NCBI RefSeq assembly: GCF_009914755.1
Contig: NC_060927.1
Source: the human T2T-CHM13v2.0 reference genome, Homo sapiens
Reading direction: 5' to 3' (one strand)
DNA: 64,000 nt
Part shown: positions 56,460 to 64,000 of the stretch, piece by piece
How positions within the stretch are numbered: the stretch's first letter is position 1
Layout of the letters: each line of letters opens with the position of its first letter
The notes under the pieces: generated by a model
Databases searched by the model: none
What the model saw: the letters and a program-made list of their open reading frames with translations, nothing else
Told to the model about the DNA's origin: nothing
Program-made: the position numbers and the translations under genes

Positions 56460-59400
56460 TAGCTTCTGTGAACCTCCTCAGTTTTCAACAAAATGGGAAT
56501 AATTCCTACTTCTCAAGATGAAATATATAATATATGCAAAAGTGCTCTGTGAACTCTAAAAGACTATACAAATATTACTGATTATTTTATACTTTTTAGT
56601 CAAAGCCCCCCTGTCCTGCATTGTTCCAGTAGACACTTTATGTACCAACATGTACTTCAGCTGTTCACATTATATACTTTTATCTCTGTTATCCTACCAT
56701 CTAGGTCAATACATTTTAACATCTTTATTTGCTGTAAGTTTATTTCTAATTTTTTATTCTTTATTTTGTTTATTCCCGTACTTAACTTTTACTTACGACT
56801 ACGGATTTAAGTAGCATGAACTGTCTTCAGACTGGCCTCCTGTGATGAGTCACAAGGCCCATCATAATGGATCCAGATTGCAAAATTGGGAGTAATAGAA
56901 ATTACTGTTAATTTTCTTGTAAGGTAGTTTAATGCATTTACTTGCAGTTTCAGATGGGTAGAAATGGTACGTTGTTAGGAATTCACTATTGAGATGATTT
57001 TTAGTCTGTATTAGAGCTCTGAATACTCTGCAAATAATATGTGAGCACTGGTACCATCAAAGCATGTGTTGCCTTAGGTGGTGTTTACAGACCTTGTCAG
57101 AGTTGGTACTAATTCCAGAATATAATCATTTCAATAGCTAAGGCTTATGGTTAAGACTTCCAAAGTGTTCAGAATTTACTAAATTGAATTATTTGAGGTT
57201 TTGTTACTGTGTTACTTGTAGTCATCAAATCAAGCTTTATTTTACTGCCTTCATTGAAATAAGCAGTTTTGACCATTTAAAAATATTTTTAATAGGATAC
57301 TTATTTTCTCTAGCATTTTTAGAGTGTGGTTCCTGTGTGGTGAATGTCTGTCACCTCTTGGAAGCCTTGAAATACACAAATTGACTATTGTTGTTTATGT
57401 TGAAAGATATTAAAATGAGATTTGTAATTGAAACGGGCATTACTTATTTCACATCTGGTTGCTTGAAAAGTGGCCAGATGCAACAATTCTTAATGCAAGA
57501 GAGCCTACGGCAAAAACTTTGCAATTCTCACCCTCTACAAAACAGCTGCCCTGTGTGAACCTTCAGTGGAAAAAGAAGAAGAAAAGCAAAGCAAAGAAAA
57601 TTCACCCCACCACGTTCTAATTACAGATTTCCAATAAAAGTATTAATATGATTCCTAGATCAATGAGCTAATCATTAGAAGTAGAAGGCAATGTGGGGAA
57701 AAAAAAACAAAACAAGAATGGCAGCACTGACCTAGTTTCTAGTTGCCAGGACCAAAGACGTCGTGACACCACTGTCCTTTCTAAATCTCCTTACCTTGCT
57801 TAATCTTAAAGTGATGGTATGTCCTGGTTTGCCTGACAGTCCTGGTTTATGCCTGTTGTCCTAGTGTGATTTTTTGATAGTGCCCTCTTTCACTCTTAAA
57901 AGTGTCCCAGTTTGGGTAAGGAGGTATATGCCCATCTTAATTTAATCTCTTTATCTCAGAGACATTAATTAGGAAGGGTAAGAAGTGGGAGTTATGAGAA
58001 TGTATCAAAGGGAAAATGATACTCCAGTTGAGACAGTGCTGGAACCAAAATGCTGCTGATCTGAATTCTCCGTAATAAGATGAGAATTGGTTTGCGAACA
58101 CATTCTAAACATCACAAGATACATCAGATTAATGCTGGTTGCTCTTGGGGAGTTGTGGGGAGGAGGATAACCAGGTCAGGAGTTTGTGGTATCTTTTATG
58201 CAACACTAACGTTAAGCTTCCTGTCTGAGGTTTTCCATGTTGTGAGTTTTCACCTCTTGATACTCTTTGAGGACTAGTGATGCTGACATCTACTAGAAAC
58301 ACTTCAGAGAAAAAAAAAGATGGAAGATAATAGTTCTTTAGAAAAATGGAAACATTTACATTATTCTTGATAACTTTGTTCTTCTTTGAAAAAGATTAGC
58401 TGAACATCCCTGCTGATTACCTTAATAATCTACTCTGAAATTAATTTTATCTACTCTAGAAGGTTTGCTGTGGATAGATTCTCCTTTAGAGTCCTCCAGA
58501 TTTGATAGCTATTATTTTTTAATAATAGTTAAGTGCCTTTATTTTGTTTAAAGTACTGAAAACTGAATCAGGTCTCAGGAACTAGTTATGAGCAACTGAT
58601 TATTTAGCTGGGAAAAGAAGGTAAGGAAGAAGAATATTTGAACAAAGGCCTTTAGGTTTTTATAAAGACATTATGCAAAGAGTGATAACCATCTTTCTTA
58701 CAACCTCTTCTCAAAGTAAAGCAAGGGGGCTGAGCTTCTTGTGGACATTTAAGTTTGAATAGGGTACTCTCCTGAAGGCCTTTAAAAATACAGTAGCTTG
58801 TCTGTTTGGAGTTTAGCAATCAATCAATCAAGTCTTGAACACCTAATGCTGCGCTAAGAATTATAAATGAACTAGAAGGCATACTCTTTTCATGTCTTCA
58901 AATGACTTAATAATATACTTGGGGAAATAAAACAAATATACGTGAAACAGATCAGGTCTAAATTATGTGGTATTGACTCTATGAGTTACTAGGATGAATT
59001 GGCATTCAAAGAGCATTTAATTTGTGCCAACCAATAGAAATATCTCATTGTGTTACAGCATAAGAAAGATCAGGAAGCCAGAAACAAGTCTTAGTGGATG
59101 GCAGAAAATAAGAATATATACATTCATTTCTACACTAATGCATCTATTCAGTATTTCTTGAGGACTTACTGTATACTATAGGCACATAGGAGTGAGTAGG
59201 TACATTGTTCTGAGTAGAACTTATGTGTTAGGAAATAGGGAACAAAAAAGTGGGAGGACAGGTGGGTGTGTGGGCAGAGTATAGCAGTAATATTGTTAAC
59301 CTATGCAAAGGTTAGGCTGATTCTGAATAGAGCAAGAGTTTATAATGGAAGATTCCTTTTAACACTTAAAATTCATGAAACGAAGAGCTCAAAGAAAATC

Positions 59401-59548
59401 TTAGAAGCCATCTAATCTACTCTCCTTTCCCTATCTCCACTTGAAAAATGGGGACTTAAGAGCAGAGCTGTTGCGACTTGCCTGAATTCATAAACCGAGT
59501 TAGTGGCGGAGCTGAAAGTCGAGCCTGGCTCTTCTGTTTTTACCATTT

Positions 59549-59875
59549 GCAGTTGCTCCCACCCCTGCCCCCATTCATGGGTTCCACATCCATGGATTCA
59601 ACCAACTATGGATCAAAAGTATTTTTTAAAAATAAATAAAAATAGCAATACAATAATTAAAAATAGAAAATGTAAAATACGGTATAAACAACTATTTACA
59701 TAGCATTACATTGTGTTAGTTATTATACATAATCTAGAGATGATTTAAAGTATATGGGAGAATGTGCATAGGTTATGTTCAAATACTATGCTATTTTAGA
59801 TTAGGGACTTGAGCATCTTGGATTTTTGTATCCACAACGTCCTGGAACCAATCCTTCATGAATACGGAAGGACAA
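59549..59875 (-). mobile_element. MER2 (Tigger-family MITE)
   Basis: ATAATCTAGAGATGATTTAAAGTATATGGGAG...AGGGACTTGAGCATC...TCCTGGAACCAATCC is the reverse complement of the MER2 consensus core. Confidence 0.75.
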
Positions 59876-60879
59876 ATAAATATATCCTTCTGCCTCTTCA
59901 GTCTTAAAGTTAGCTAAAACATTTCACTTCCCCATGCCAACTCTGTGAATACCAGATCTTAGATCCTAAACTAAAGGTTTGGAAGGCAATCATTATTCAG
60001 GCATAGGTAGGAAAGTATGACTTAGAAAATGAATCTGTTTCGTGTCTCAATTTTAATAAAAGTCTTGTTTATAAAATGATGAAAGGCTCAATGAGATTAA
60101 CAACATACAACTTGTAATAAATGTTTTGTAACCATGACACTGATGAGCTGTGTTTTAGACCTAGCTGTCACTAATTGGCTGTGTGATTTTTGCACAAATT
60201 ATGTCTCCTCTTTTGTCTTTATTTATATTATGACAGAATTTAAATTGTTTCAGTTATTTTATTACTATATATATATCTCTCTCTTAAAATTGCTTGAGTA
60301 CAGCACAGACTTCAAGGAAAAAATTTCTTATGATTCTCAGTGTTCACATAATTTGTATTAAATGTAACTTAAATATGTGTAAAACAAGTTGTAAACTATG
60401 TTTATAGCTCTTATATATTTACACAACCAAAATAAATTTTAAAATAAGTTGTAAAGCCCTTAACATTAAAGGTACAAATATGGAAATTACTGCTATAGCA
60501 TATACTTTTGGGGATTCAACACCTTTTGCTGCTTAATGCCATATCTGATTAAATTTTTCCAAGACTTTTTTCTTTTTCAACTCTTCTGTGAAACATTCCT
60601 TTCTACAGTATTACTGGATCTAGTTTGAACTTCAGTTAACTCAGATGAATCATTTACATATTAAAAGTTTACCTTTGTTCTTCTTTCACTAACCTTAGAC
60701 AACTAAAGTTGTGATATTGGGCACCAGTGAAATCACAGGTAGAAACTGTGGCACTGAAACTGCTTGTCTGTATTCAGTTATAAAATCATACATATAATCT
60801 AAAATATGAATTCTTATACATTTTATGTCATTAAAATTAAGGTAAAATTGAAAACAGAGTTAAAAACTTTTCCTCAGAA

Positions 60880-61350
60880 ATCGGAAACAATCTAAATGTC
60901 CATCAGCTGAATGGATAGACAAAATGTGCTGTATCAATACACAGCCTAATCTAGGCAGTTCAGCAGTAAACAGGCATGAACTGCTGACACATGCCACAAC
61001 CTGAACCTCCAGACTCAACCTCGGAACCTCCAAAACATTATGCTAAGTGAAAAAAAACCAAACACATGAGACCATATATCATATGATTCCATTTATCTGA
61101 AATGTCTAATAAAAGAAGCAAATCTATAGAGGCAGAAAAGTATAATAGATTAACAGTTGTCTGGGATTGGGGGTAGTAATTGGCGTTTGATTGTAAATCA
61201 GCATGACAGATCTTACTAGGTGATGAAAATGTTCTAAAACTGATTTATGGTGATGGTTGCAAAGCTTGGTAAATTTACTAAAATTCGTTGAATTGCACAT
61301 TCAAAATGGTGAACTTTATGCTATGTAAAATATGCATCAATAACGCTGTT
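60880..61350 (+). mobile_element. L1ME/L1MC-like 3' fragment
   Basis: AAATGTCCATCAGCTGAATGGATAGACAAAATGTG...ATGATTCCATTTAT...GGTGATGAAAATGTTCTAAAAC. Confidence 0.7.
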
Positions 61351-62766
61351 TTAAAAGCTTTTTATGAAGACTTCTAGATCTCCTAAGAATATTTAGGTAT
61401 CAGATATTTTCGCCCTTGACCCTTCCAAGGTCAGAAGACACAGCTGAAAAAATACTTTTAGTGGAACCAAAGAATGGATCCAGTAACTACAGTATCGTGG
61501 ATTCTAGCTTTGACTTTGTCACTGACTGCACTTGGGCAAGGCCTGGGCAAGTCACTTAACCTCTTTTTGCTTTGGTTTCCCCATCTGTAAAGAGGGTGTT
61601 AGTTTAAATGTTCTCCAGGATTTCTTGCACACATGAGAGTCGCATCCTCACATTTCTGTTATCTGTGAATCTCTACCTCCTAATGATTCCCCCTCCCTCA
61701 AATACTCTAACAAAGCCCCTTTATTCAGCATGGCATATGTGGCATATTGCTTGTCTGACTAATTCTTGCTCACACAAGCTTCCTGACCTTACTGCATAGG
61801 TCTTTCAGGTACACAGTTCTCAAAGTGTTGATCTGAAAGTTCCGTACAAGACTGGCTCCCCATCACTCATTAATCTCCCAGAGGCTACCTTCTCATCCTA
61901 TGTAACTCTCTTATGGAAGCTCTCCCATAGATAACAATATACTTCCCCTTCAGGCAGTACATGGAAGAAACAATGGGCTATACAATGGAACCATCCTATG
62001 AGATTACACAGAATGAGAACCTGGCCCATTGTTTTCTCCTGCTGCCTAAGGAAGGAGTTGTGCTCTTTGGATCCCTGTACAGATTTTGGCTTGTCCACCT
62101 CCCTGAATTCCCAAGTAACAATTAAGCAATCTGCCTCCTTCCGTCTTCTCATTTCAATGTGTAGGATATTTGTCAACTTGCCCAGAGTTGCTGTAGGCAT
62201 TTTGAGCTATTCATCTGACTGTGTGCAATAGATAACAAAAATATAATTAGGAGGAGGACTGAATTAAGTCTGAATTTTATTTTTATTTTTATTGCGGGGG
62301 AGAGGTGCTTACTTTAGAGTGGTAAAAGTTACTTCTTGTCCAAGTTTTCATCATCCCCTCCTTCCCTCTGTGTTTCAATAAAATGTTTCCAAAGTTTCAA
62401 ATAAAAAGTTTATTAAAATAGAGGCCGTGTTTTTAAAAATAAAAATGTAACATCTTACTTCCTAGAGGTATCTGAAGAAAAGCACTCCAGGAGTATAAAG
62501 AATAAACTAGATGGTTGGAATGTGGTTTATTAGTCCACAAACCTGTCAGGAATCTTGGACTCTTTTCCTAAAGCTATGCAGACATACAACATAACTTTGG
62601 AAGAACCAGTTAAGTTTGTATTCTAACTATGCCCTGTAATTTAGGAATAACTACCTGCTAAACACTGAAAATCTGTTGGTGGAAATCATCGGGTAAAACC
62701 AAAGCATAAGTTATATTATTAGGGGTTGGTAAGTGGTTTTGTATATGCAATAAAAAGGATTAGATG

Positions 62767-63095
<329 letters not shown>

Positions 63096-63388
63096 TTAAC
63101 TGTCCATAGGGCCAAGGAAAATGGAGAAAGATGAATTTGAAATAAAATTCTCTAAAAATAGCTGAAAAAGAAAAACTTAGATATGTAAGTGTTTTATGAT
63201 GTGAACATTCAATGAACAGAGGAAAGAGATGTGCCTAGGAATGTTTGGTGTTGAAGATATTTACCTTTTTAATAAAAGAGAACAAATTAAACAAGCAGTC
63301 TTCCTTTCTTGTAGGAACTGTATTTCAGGGTAATTACATGGCTTTAGTTGCTGAAGGAAAGATCTTCCTTATAGAAAAATGCCTGCTG

Positions 63389-63686
63389 TCTGGGTACAGT
63401 GGCTCATGCCTGTAATCCCAGAACTTTGGGAGGCCAAGGTGGACAGATCACTTGATCCCAGAAATTCAACACCAGCCTTGGCAACATGGTGAAACCCCAT
63501 CTCTACAAAAACATACAAAAGTTAGTTGGGCATTGTGGCACGCGCCTGTGGTCTCAGCTACTCAGGAGGCTGAGGTAGGAGGATCGCTTGAGCCTGGGAG
63601 TCAGAGGTTGCGGTGAGCTATGATCGCACTGCTGCACTCCAGCCTGGGTAACAGAGCAAGACCCTGTCTCAAAAAAAGAAAAAAAA
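63389..63686 (+). mobile_element. Alu (AluJ-like)
   Basis: Full diverged dimer. Confidence 0.85.
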
Positions 63687-64000
63687 TTTCCTACTAATAA
63701 ATGTGGAAAGAGTGGTGGAATTAGAAAAACATTTCATAAACTCCAAGTATTGATTCAGGAAAAGATGATAAAGTTTGTTACACCTTTAGGTGAATGATTA
63801 ATGAAACTGAACATCCTTGTAATACCAAAGTAACATTGCACTGATGACTGTCTAATTGAAGGAGAAAAAGTAACTGTACAATGGAGAGATGAGACATATC
63901 ACCATTCTAACTTAGTGGTAGATTTTACCATGGCTGATGGTCAGTCATATATTTTGCCTTCTGATGTGATGGAATAGGAAGTACACATCCCCTATGGTAT

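Overview
Human genomic DNA (AT-rich, dense in Alu/L1/MIR/DNA-transposon remnants, including a human-specific AluYa5). The window covers the 5' non-coding part of PPARG (chr3p25) on the + strand. It contains about 10 kb of upstream sequence, the CpG-island PPARgamma1 promoter with exon A1 (~10039-10209), a second TATA-preceded first exon (~11126/11259-11323), exon A2 (34249-34322), and then intron. The PPARG coding exons and exon B (PPARgamma2) lie beyond the right edge. No intact protein-coding sequence is present: the ORF track consists of Alu/L1/CpG-island artefacts plus one frameshifted PFDN1 retrocopy. I found no convincing new multi-gene system. The best leads are: (i) a first exon whose 3' end is a complete acceptor fused directly to a donor (TAG|GTGAGT, recursive-splice-site architecture); (ii) a sense-oriented PFDN1 processed pseudogene with an acceptor-like site at its 5' junction and two AATAAA signals inside the PPARG intron; (iii) a TSD-flanked 'tailless' 5S rRNA retrocopy; (iv) an 8x C5 hexamer repeat abutting the TSS (G4/i-motif); (v) a double overlapping hairpin that looks like a template-switch scar; (vi) candidate PPRE+C/EBP, EBF and 3xTCF motif clusters; and (vii) the -681G (STAT5-site-breaking) allele, which suggests a non-reference haplotype. 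Repeat subfamily calls were made by eye and need RepeatMasker confirmation.
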